A stretch of 64,000 nucleotides of DNA from the NCBI GenBank assembly GCA_027053075.1, contig JALUEE010000086.1, positions 20,910 through 84,909 of the forward strand. The letters are read 5' to 3'. Below the pieces are notes generated by a model. That model saw only the letters and a list, made by a program, of their open reading frames with translations, was not told the DNA's origin and ran no database searches. Positions 56,356 to 64,000 of the stretch are shown here, piece after piece. Source of the DNA: a candidate division WOR-3 bacterium (lineage in GTDB: Bacteria > Hydrothermota > Hydrothermia > B15-G9 > WFZT01). A program made the position numbers and the translations under genes. Position 1 is the stretch's first letter. Each line of letters begins with the position of its first letter.

Positions 56356-58081
56356 TTTCGTTCTCCTCATGAATAATTTTTATGTGTAGTTCCCTGAGCT
56401 GTGCCTCGTCCACACTCGAGGGTGCACCTTCAAAGAGTGCCTGTGCCTTTGTGGTTTTGGGGAATGGTATCACATCCCTTATCGTCTCTCTTCCGGCAAA
56501 TATGGCTACAAATCTATCAAATCCAACAGCTATTCCACCGTGCGGTGGTGCCCCGTATTCGAGGGCCTCGAGCAGGAATCCGAATCTGCTTTCCATTCTC
56601 TCTTTTGTAAAGCCAATCTTCTCCATTATTTTTTCCTGAAGCTGACGGTTGTGCACCCTGATGGAACCAGAAGCAAGCTCCACACCGTTTAATACGAGGT
56701 CATACTGCTTGGCAATCACCTTTAGCGGGTCTGTGTCGAGGAATTTAATGTGCTCCTCTTTGGGGTGAGTAAACATGTGGTGCGCGGGCTCGAGCTCCCC
56801 TGTATCCTCGTTTATCTCATAAAGAGGGAAATCTACAATCCAGAGGAATTTTAGCCCTTTCTCGATAAGGTCGTATTTCTTTGCCACTTCAAGACGGAGA
56901 AGACCTGCTATTTTGAAGACCTTCGGGGCCTTATCCGCGATGATGAGGTAGGTGCCAGCCCCTTCGGGTGAGAATTTGACATACTTTGAGAGCTGACCTG
57001 AGAGTTTACCATTATCAAACTTAAACCAGAGAAGCCCTCCGGCACCCTGCTTTTTCACAAATTCTGTAAGTTCATCAATTTCTTTTCGCGAAATGGGGAC
57101 CGGGATTTTAATTCCAACAACCTTTCCACTATCTTCGATAACAGATTTTAAAACCCTAAAATCAGTATCCTTGAAGTGTTCTGTTAGGTCCTCAAGCTCC
57201 ATCCCAAACCTCAGGTCTGGCTTGTCAATTCCGAACCTCCTTATGGCATCGTGGTAGGAGAGTCTCATGAAGGGGATTTCGATCTCAATTCCCATTACCT
57301 CACCCAAAACCTGCTTCATCATCCTTTCGACGAGTGAGAGGACGTCGTCAACGTCAACAAAGCTCATCTCAAGGTCAATCTGAGTAAATTCGGGCTGTCT
57401 GTCCGCTCTCAGGTCCTCGTCTCTGAAGCATCTTACTATCTGGAAATATCTATCGAAACCGGAAACCATAAGAATCTGCTTGTAGAGCTGTGGGGACTGG
57501 GGTAGTGCGTAAAATTTACCCGGATAGATTCTCGATGGGACAATAAAATCGCGTGCACCCTCAGGAGTGGATTTGGTGAGGAATGGAGTCTCAATCTCGA
57601 TAAAACCCTCCTGGCTCAGGAAATTTCTCACAGCCTGCATGAATTTGTGCTTGAGGATAATGTTTTTCTGCATTACCGGGCGTCTCAGGTCAAGGAATCT
57701 CCAGCGAAGTCGGGTTTCCTCTGATGCCTTTGTCTCGTCTTCAATAGGGAATGGCGGTGTTTTGGATTCATTTAAAACTCTGATTTCGCTGACCAGGACC
57801 TCGATTTCTCCAGTGGCGAGCTCGGGATTTACCATGTCTTTGGGACGCGGTCTCACAGTGCCATTTACCTGAATTACATCCTGTGAATTTAGTTTCTTAG
57901 CGACCAGGAAAGAATCCTCATTTTGCGGCTCAACAACTACCTGGGTAACACCATACCTGTCTCTTAAATCAATAAAAACGAGCCCTCCGAGGTCCCTCAC
58001 CCTTCGGACCCATCCTGAAAGTGTTACAGTCTCACCAACATGTTTTTTGCGCAATTCACCACACGTATGGGTTCTTAGCAT
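56318..58081 (-). CDS. aspS: Aspartate--tRNA ligase
   Basis: MLRTHTCGEL, TPEGARDF, ALPQSPQ, CFRDEDLRADRQPEFTQ, PPHGG. Confidence 0.98.
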   Translation of the reverse strand: MLRTHTCGELRKKHVGETVTLSGWVRRVRDLGGLVFIDLRDRYGVTQVVVEPQNEDSFLVAKKLNSQDVIQVNGTVRPRPKDMVNPELATGEIEVLVSEIRVLNESKTPPFPIEDETKASEETRLRWRFLDLRRPVMQKNIILKHKFMQAVRNFLSQEGFIEIETPFLTKSTPEGARDFIVPSRIYPGKFYALPQSPQLYKQILMVSGFDRYFQIVRCFRDEDLRADRQPEFTQIDLEMSFVDVDDVLSLVERMMKQVLGEVMGIEIEIPFMRLSYHDAIRRFGIDKPDLRFGMELEDLTEHFKDTDFRVLKSVIEDSGKVVGIKIPVPISRKEIDELTEFVKKQGAGGLLWFKFDNGKLSGQLSKYVKFSPEGAGTYLIIADKAPKVFKIAGLLRLEVAKKYDLIEKGLKFLWIVDFPLYEINEDTGELEPAHHMFTHPKEEHIKFLDTDPLKVIAKQYDLVLNGVELASGSIRVHNRQLQEKIMEKIGFTKERMESRFGFLLEALEYGAPPHGGIAVGFDRFVAIFAGRETIRDVIPFPKTTKAQALFEGAPSSVDEAQLRELHIKIIHEENENGKETQEEKEIR

Positions 58082-58082
58082 G

Positions 58083-59021
58083 TTACCTCCCTGTGAGAGA
58101 TGGATAGTCGAGGTTGAAACGCCATCTATAATAAAGCTTTTGGCCAAAATAAGTCAAAAGCCCGAGGAGCAGTAATGGCAAGAATCTCAGTGAAAGGTAG
58201 AGAAGCACCAGTGCCCCCGGGACTCGGTAGGCAAGCTTCACATGGAGCCCCTCACTGTTGAATATGGATGAGGCCACAAAAGGGAGGCTCAGGGTGGCAA
58301 CTACCACAACAAAGTAGTCATGTGCAATAAAGCCAGCCATCAGGGCAAGTAAGATCAGAAAAAATGCGAGAATAGCCGTAACAGTGGGGCCAAAGAAGAC
58401 CCCTGAAGTTATCTCCCCTGCTTTCCTATCACCTTCAATATCAGGAATGGTGGTGCTCATATAAACTCCTGCAACAGAGAGGATGTAGGGTATGGAGTGT
58501 GCAAAAGCAGATGAATTTATAGTTCTTACAGAAATCCAACCGGCGAGAAAATTGAGGAAACCGTAGCCGAAAGCATTGGCAAGCATATCAACTATAGGCT
58601 TTCCTTTGAGTTTAACTGGCGGCACCGAGTAGGCAAGAGCGAGGAGAAAAGAGAGTATCCAGATTATGAGATAGTCGCGTCCCAGTTTAATAGCTATAGC
58701 AAAAGAAATCGCCTCAACCACGACAGTGTAAATAAGGGCGGTTTTAACAGATATAATGTCATCTGCGATAAGGAAGAGCTTTCTATTGATCCTGTCTGTC
58801 TCCTTGTCCGTAATCTGGTTGATTATGTAGGCCCCACCCATCAAAAGGGTGTAGGAGAGGAAAATCCACCAGAAGCGTGAAGGAAGATTCAGGGTAAAAC
58901 CGAAGTAATTTAAATTTGCACTCCAGAAATAGCCCAAAAAGAGAAAAGCCCAAACAGGAGTCAGAAGTGTGGGTCTTAAAAGTATCAGATAATCGAGGGG
59001 GTGAGATTTTTTCATTTTCAA
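58083..59021 (-). CDS. UbiA-family prenyltransferase
   Basis: LLRP, NQITDKETDRIN, YSVPP.KLK, PDIEGD; multiple TM helices. Confidence 0.88.
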   Translation of the reverse strand: MKMKKSHPLDYLILLRPTLLTPVWAFLFLGYFWSANLNYFGFTLNLPSRFWWIFLSYTLLMGGAYIINQITDKETDRINRKLFLIADDIISVKTALIYTVVVEAISFAIAIKLGRDYLIIWILSFLLALAYSVPPVKLKGKPIVDMLANAFGYGFLNFLAGWISVRTINSSAFAHSIPYILSVAGVYMSTTIPDIEGDRKAGEITSGVFFGPTVTAILAFFLILLALMAGFIAHDYFVVVVATLSLPFVASSIFNSEGLHVKLAYRVPGALVLLYLSLRFLPLLLLGLLTYFGQKLYYRWRFNLDYPSLTGR

Positions 59022-60562
59022 TCTGCAATCACATCCGTGATGGAGTGATTGCCATTATAGAAAGAGACGATTACCTGTACCTCTTTATCAAGTGAGACAT
59101 CCGAAAGTTTGCTATTCGGGTCACTCAATTTCCCCTCTTCTACAAGCTTTTTAAGCTCTTCAACTCTGGCTCCCACCACCTTAACCTGTATTTCCACTCC
59201 GTTTGAGGAAAGTGTTTCTATCTGTGGGTAAAGGTGCTGAAACCTTTCGAAATCCGCTTCAATATCATACTGAGTGGAGAGGTTGCCATTCTCTTTGAAG
59301 TAAATTTCCGTGTCTTCAATAAGATGGGGAAGGTTCTCTCCCCTCATGCTGAAGCCCGATGCGAGCTTGTGGCCTCCATAGCTGATAAAGAGGTCAGAAA
59401 GGTAATCGAGGAGCTCAAGAGAGTTAAAACCCTTGGGAGCCCGTACCTCTGCTGCCACTGTCCCATCACTCTTACGACCCATCACTATGGTCGGTACACC
59501 ATACCTGTCCTTTAATTTTGAAGCCAAAAAGCCGAGATACCTCGGCTCAGTATCTTCCATATCGAGCAGGATATAGTTCCTGACCCTGCTTATCCTTCCG
59601 AGGGCCTTTTTAAGGAGTTCTTCGGTATTCGTCTGCCATTTCTCGATTTCCTGCAGAAGTCCGGCAAGTATGGGCATTATCTCATCTTTATCCCTTCTCA
59701 GGAAAATTTCTGCTGAAGGATTAACGCCATCCACAGACTTGCCTGCAGATGTGATGCTTACAACAATGTCGAAATCCGGGAACTCACCCTTAAGCTCTTG
59801 ATATGCAGTCTTAAATGGATGATTCCACGAGTCGAAAAGCTCTCGCCCTTTGAGATAGAGGGCACGGTTTTCATTCCAGAGTGGGACCCGGTCAGCAAGT
59901 GTGCCGATGGCAGCCATGATAATTAGGTCTGGCTTTTTCTCCAAGATCTCTTTTATCCCCCAGCCTTTAAACACTTTTAGGAGTCCCCAGGCTACTTTAA
60001 ATGCCACACCCACACCTGCAAGATAGGGAAAGCTCGCACCGCCCAATTTGGGATTAACTACAATTGTATCGGGAAGAACCTTCGGAATTTCATGATGGTC
60101 TGTGATTATCACATCTATTCCCATTTCACGGGCAATTTCGACTTCTTTTACCGATCCCATGCCGCTATCTACTGTTACGATTAGACTCACTCCCTGCTCT
60201 TTTACTATTTTTAGGCCCTTTTCTGAAAGTCCGTGTCCCTCTGTGGCCTTAGAGGGGATGTAATAAGTGGTTATTCCACCAAGATAATCAATGGTGGTCT
60301 TGAGCACATAGGTTGAAGTAACACCGTCGGAGTCTTCATGCCCCCAAACACAAATTTTATCCCGTCTCCCGATGGCTGTAAGAAGCTTTCTCACAGCTTC
60401 TCTGATATTCGGCAGACTCTCAGGTGGAGTGAGATTGAAAATTGTGGGTTCAAATGTAACCGGAATGAGGTCTGGATGTTTAAGTCCCCTTGAATAGAGG
60501 AGGTGAGCCAGCTCCTCGTCAAGATTATAGCCGACCTTGAGTTTTTCGATAACCTCATTCAT
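59018..60562 (-). CDS. RecJ-like DHH/DHHA1 phosphoesterase
   Basis: HEDSDG, EGHGL, TVDSG, TDHH, LAGVGVA, GTLAD, GGHKLASG. Confidence 0.85.
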   Translation of the reverse strand: MNEVIEKLKVGYNLDEELAHLLYSRGLKHPDLIPVTFEPTIFNLTPPESLPNIREAVRKLLTAIGRRDKICVWGHEDSDGVTSTYVLKTTIDYLGGITTYYIPSKATEGHGLSEKGLKIVKEQGVSLIVTVDSGMGSVKEVEIAREMGIDVIITDHHEIPKVLPDTIVVNPKLGGASFPYLAGVGVAFKVAWGLLKVFKGWGIKEILEKKPDLIIMAAIGTLADRVPLWNENRALYLKGRELFDSWNHPFKTAYQELKGEFPDFDIVVSITSAGKSVDGVNPSAEIFLRRDKDEIMPILAGLLQEIEKWQTNTEELLKKALGRISRVRNYILLDMEDTEPRYLGFLASKLKDRYGVPTIVMGRKSDGTVAAEVRAPKGFNSLELLDYLSDLFISYGGHKLASGFSMRGENLPHLIEDTEIYFKENGNLSTQYDIEADFERFQHLYPQIETLSSNGVEIQVKVVGARVEELKKLVEEGKLSDPNSKLSDVSLDKEVQVIVSFYNGNHSITDVIAD

Positions 60563-60581
60563 CCTGCGACTCCTTTGTTAA

Positions 60582-61283
60582 TTATGGCGGAGGGGGTGGG
60601 ATTCGAACCCACGATCCCCTTTTACGGGGATACGCGATTTCGAATCGCGCGCCTTCATCCACTCGGCCACCCCTCCGCATTACCACCATATACTTTCCCT
60701 CCAGATAGTCAAGTGAATAATAGTAACCTGAAAAACCCCGCTTCTCAACTTTTTTCAAAAATTCCTCCGGATGCTCACCCACGATTTCCCCGATTCTAAA
60801 GGCTTTCCAGAACTTACGGTACAACCTCGTGTAAATATTGGGCCGTAAATGGGTCAAAATAAGAAGTCCTCCGGGTTTGGTAACTTTTGCAAACTGGTCA
60901 AGGAATTTATCGCCAAGTCCACCTATAACCGGCATGACTTCCATTGATATTACAACATCAAATTCCCCCTCAAAATTTAAGAAATCCTGAACCATGAAAT
61001 TGACATTGGGGGGATTTTTTCTCCTCTTGGCCCAGTTAATAAGTTCAGGGGAAATATCGATGGCGAGGATATTTAATGATGGGAAGTGAACGCCTAACTT
61101 TCTTGCGAGAAATCCGGCGCCACAGCCAACCTCAAGCAGCTTTCCTTTCTTTATCCCTGAATTTTTAAGTATGTGGAAAATGCCTTTAACGGATTTTTCT
61201 CGCCATCTCTGGAGTGGTGGACCCGAAAAAGCCAGCTCTCTTAACCTCGGCAGGGCATAATAAAGCTCCCTAAAAGTCTTCAT
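60582..61283 (-). CDS. Class I SAM-dependent methyltransferase (3' end overlaps tRNA-Ser)
   Basis: LLEVGCGAG, IDIS, FDVVIS, KPGG. Confidence 0.85.
   Translation of the reverse strand: MKTFRELYYALPRLRELAFSGPPLQRWREKSVKGIFHILKNSGIKKGKLLEVGCGAGFLARKLGVHFPSLNILAIDISPELINWAKRRKNPPNVNFMVQDFLNFEGEFDVVISMEVMPVIGGLGDKFLDQFAKVTKPGGLLILTHLRPNIYTRLYRKFWKAFRIGEIVGEHPEEFLKKVEKRGFSGYYYSLDYLEGKYMVVMRRGGRVDEGARFEIAYPRKRGSWVRIPPPPP
60585..60676 (-). tRNA. tRNA-Ser(CGA)
   Basis: GGAGGGG acceptor, CGCGA-TTCGAAA-TCGCG, long variable arm, GGTTCGAATCC, GCCA. Confidence 0.96.
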
Positions 61284-61323
61284 CACATTATTATAATGCT
61301 CTGCCGATGGCTATAAAGACGGC

Positions 61324-62466
61324 TTACTTTAGCCCCTTAAATCTCTCAACCGCCTCTAATAAGCGTGAAATGCCTTCGCGGATGTTTTCGTCACTGTTGG
61401 CAAAAGAGATTCTTATAAATTTCTTCGTTTCCCCAAAATAAGAGCCCGGCAGAACCGCTACCTGATACTCATCTAACAGGAAATGGGCAAAACTCTCAGA
61501 ATCCACTCCTACGTAGGGAAAGATGTAAAAGGCTCCATGAGGTTCCACAAAATCAAGCTTCCCTTTAAGCATGGAAACCACAAGGTCTTTTCTACGCTTA
61601 AAGGCTCCCACCATAAAGTCCACCGAATCCTGGGGACCTTTTATCGCCTCTATGGCAGCCTTCTGGACAAAAGACGTAGCGCAGGATACAGTATTCGTCT
61701 GAAGTTTCACAACCTTTCCTACAAATTTCTCCGGTATAATTCCATACCCAATCCTCCATCCCGTCATTGCATAGGTTTTGGAGAATCCGTCAATCAAAAA
61801 TAAAAGGTTATCCGCTTCTCCAAAGCTAAATGCACTTACGTGCTCACCTTCAAACAAAATGCGGGAATAAATTTCGTCGGAAATTATGTAAATTCCATGC
61901 TTTACCGCAATATCAATAATCTCCTTTAGTGTTTCTCGATCGATTGTTACCCCTGTGGGATTGTGGGGAAAATTGAGAATCAGTGCCCTTGTCTTTTCCG
62001 TGATCAGCGATTTTAGCGTCTCGGGCTCGTGCTTGAATCCCTTCTCCATGGAGAGTTTCCAGGGCACAGGTTTCCCGCCGGCAAGCAGAATATGTGTGTG
62101 ATACGACATATATCCAGGGTCCGGGTAAATTACCTCATCTCCGGGCTCAACTGTAACAAGAAGGGAATAAAGTATCATCATTTTGGCGCCCGGAGTGACA
62201 ATTATTCTTTCAGGAGAAACCTCTCTACCCCTGTATTTCCCCTGATACCAGGTGATTGCCTCACGAAGGTCAAGGATGCCCTGCGGATCAGTATAGTGGG
62301 TGAACCCCGCCTCCATGGCCTCATAAGCGGCCTTGATTATGTTCTCAGGAGTCTTGAAGTCTGGCTCCCCGATATGGAGATGAATAACCTTCTTCCCCTG
62401 TCTTTCAAGCTCGCGAGCTTTCTTCAAAATTTCAAATGACGAATGTCCCAGATTCTGAGTTTCCAT
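61324..62466 (-). CDS. PLP-dependent aminotransferase class I/II (aspartate aminotransferase-like)
   Basis: IGEPDF, NFPHNPTG, SDEIY, GFSKTYAMTGWRIG. Confidence 0.95.
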   Translation of the reverse strand: METQNLGHSSFEILKKARELERQGKKVIHLHIGEPDFKTPENIIKAAYEAMEAGFTHYTDPQGILDLREAITWYQGKYRGREVSPERIIVTPGAKMMILYSLLVTVEPGDEVIYPDPGYMSYHTHILLAGGKPVPWKLSMEKGFKHEPETLKSLITEKTRALILNFPHNPTGVTIDRETLKEIIDIAVKHGIYIISDEIYSRILFEGEHVSAFSFGEADNLLFLIDGFSKTYAMTGWRIGYGIIPEKFVGKVVKLQTNTVSCATSFVQKAAIEAIKGPQDSVDFMVGAFKRRKDLVVSMLKGKLDFVEPHGAFYIFPYVGVDSESFAHFLLDEYQVAVLPGSYFGETKKFIRISFANSDENIREGISRLLEAVERFKGLK

Positions 62467-62479
62467 AATCCACTCCTTT

Positions 62480-63127
62480 TTAGATGAAGAATTTTGAAAG
62501 ATCAACGCCAATTATTAATTTTGTTGAAATACCAACAAGTGGCCTTAGATACATGCCCAGAACATCCACCCCTATGAGATATGGGGAGAAGAATAAAAGA
62601 AGCAGCAAAATAGCCCCATAAGTTTCGTAAACCCTGAGTTTCTCGGGTTTTGTATAGGCTGAGACAATACGCCAGCCATCAAGGGGTGGAACCGGGATAA
62701 GGTTGAAAAAAGCCAGAATGAGGCTAATAAGCACAAATATAAGAAGCATATCGTTTAAAGGTGCCAGATATTTTGGCAAAGCGAGTTGACTCGTATAACG
62801 GTAAATTACGCCACCGATCACAGCGGTTATGAGATTCATAAAAGGCCCTGCAAAAGCAACGATCATTACATCACGTTTGGGATTCCTGAGGTTGCTGTAA
62901 TTTACAGGTACAGGCTTTGCCCATCCAATATGGACAAGAAAGAGCATGATAAGACCGATAATATCGATATGTTTAAATGGGTCAAGCGTCATTCTCCCCA
63001 GGATCTTTGCAGTTGGATCGCCTAATTTATAAGCACTGTAAGCATGAGCAAATTCATGCAGTGTCAGTGCCAGCAAAAGGGGCGGTGTAAAGAAAGCAAG
63101 CTCATAAAGAATCCTGTAAATGTTCAT
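62480..63127 (-). CDS. Site-2 protease (M50) family protein
   Basis: HEFAH, GWAKPVP, AGP, NLIPVPPLDG. Confidence 0.93.
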   Translation of the reverse strand: MNIYRILYELAFFTPPLLLALTLHEFAHAYSAYKLGDPTAKILGRMTLDPFKHIDIIGLIMLFLVHIGWAKPVPVNYSNLRNPKRDVMIVAFAGPFMNLITAVIGGVIYRYTSQLALPKYLAPLNDMLLIFVLISLILAFFNLIPVPPLDGWRIVSAYTKPEKLRVYETYGAILLLLLFFSPYLIGVDVLGMYLRPLVGISTKLIIGVDLSKFFI

Positions 63128-63131
63128 ACTC

Positions 63132-63575
63132 TCACCTCATCAAAATTCCTGTTAAAATACCAAAAATTGCACCAACAAGCACTTCAAAAGGAGTATGGCC
63201 TAAAAATTCTCTGAGCCTTTCCTCCCTTATCCTATGCGAAATTTTCAGCTCCTCCATCATTTTGTTAATAACGCGCGCCTGCTGGCCCGCAGCCCTTCTA
63301 AGTCCCGCCGCATCGTACATTACGATGAGACTGAAGTATAATGTTACTCCAAAAATAACGGAATCGAAACCCTTGTTAATTCCTACTATTGTTGATAGGG
63401 ACATCACCGAGGCTGAATGGGCACTGGGCATTCCCCCGGTGTAAAATAACCACCTAAAATCCGCTTCCCTGTTGATGTACCAGTATAGGAAAAACTTGAA
63501 GATCTGAGCAAGAAAGCCCGTCAGTAGTGGTACAAGGAAGTATTTATTGGTGAAAATCTGGATTAGAACCTGCAA
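63132..63575 (-). CDS. Divergent PAP2 family protein (DUF212)
   Basis: GGMPSAHS, VMYDAAGLRR, LGHTP. Confidence 0.92.
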   Translation of the reverse strand: MQVLIQIFTNKYFLVPLLTGFLAQIFKFFLYWYINREADFRWLFYTGGMPSAHSASVMSLSTIVGINKGFDSVIFGVTLYFSLIVMYDAAGLRRAAGQQARVINKMMEELKISHRIREERLREFLGHTPFEVLVGAIFGILTGILMR

Positions 63576-63578
63576 GTT

Positions 63579-64000
63579 TCAGTAGTTCCTTTCAACTATA
63601 AACCTTATAAGTGAAATGAGGGGAGCACCCGCTGTCTCTCCAAAAGTATTCTCAACCTCAGAAATGGCCTCACTTGCCAGCCGGCTTGCCTCTTTCTTTG
63701 CCTTCTCCAGTCCAAACACGCGAACATAGGTCTGCTTACCACTCTCACGGTCCTTCCCGACACTCTTGCCAAGTTTACTCTTATCACCAATTTCATCGAG
63801 AATATCGTCAACAATCTGAAATGTCAGACCAATCTTGTCCCCCACACTGTGAAAAACATCAAGGATATGTTGGGGTGCACCGGCTGCGATACCACCTGAC
63901 GTAAGTGAGGCCCGGATAAATTTGCCCGTTTTCCTCGAATGAATATACCTGACTATCTCTTCCGAAGGCTCCTTATTCTCACCGGTTACATCAGCCACCT
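63579..64000 (-). CDS. ispA: Polyprenyl (farnesyl/geranylgeranyl) diphosphate synthase, 3' part
   Basis: IHSRKTG, GLTFQIVDDILD, GKSVGKD...KQTY; usual neighbour of DUF212. Confidence 0.9.
   Translation of the reverse strand, partial: VADVTGENKEPSEEIVRYIHSRKTGKFIRASLTSGGIAAGAPQHILDVFHSVGDKIGLTFQIVDDILDEIGDKSKLGKSVGKDRESGKQTYVRVFGLEKAKKEASRLASEAISEVENTFGETAGAPLISLIRFIVERNY

Noticed and set aside
59018-60562. RecJ-like protein as an inactive pseudo-enzyme (HEDSDG instead of DYDxDG)
   Set aside because: The metal-binding DxD, TVD, DHH, AD and GGH motifs are retained; it is divergent but probably active

Overview
Bacterial chromosomal window from a diderm, probably thermophilic or anaerobic FCB-group organism. 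This placement is inferred from several secreted proteins with T9SS-like C-terminal domains, an LPS heptosyltransferase, Skp and Lys/Glu-rich proteins; a WOR-3-like lineage is plausible but cannot be proven here. The top candidate for a new system is at 1-7671: a tightly coupled minus-strand operon reading Rieske protein, NfrB-type GT2 synthase with a c-di-GMP-binding MshEN domain, BcsB-like periplasmic protein (hidden CTG start and signal peptide), TPR/beta-barrel exporter, DUF2334 deacetylase-like protein, WecB. It looks like a hybrid Nfr/Bcs synthase-dependent polysaccharide machine and is preceded by two cohesin/dockerin-like T9SS-type cargo genes. The rest is mostly housekeeping and catabolic: ABC permeases, cstA with two unknown paralogs, surE-pcm, DPSL, MCC-beta, amrS-moxR-DUF58-tgpA, folP, a glutarate-type uptake and catabolism operon, hslV, a Skp fusion, aspS, a recJ-like gene and ispA. 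Four tRNAs (Leu, Cys, Pro, Ser) are all embedded in protein-coding transcription units, and tRNA-Ser lies inside a methyltransferase ORF. Intergenic DNA carries MITE-like palindromic elements and BoxC/triplex-type repeats, and several genes appear leaderless. All product calls come from motif recognition by eye, not database searches.
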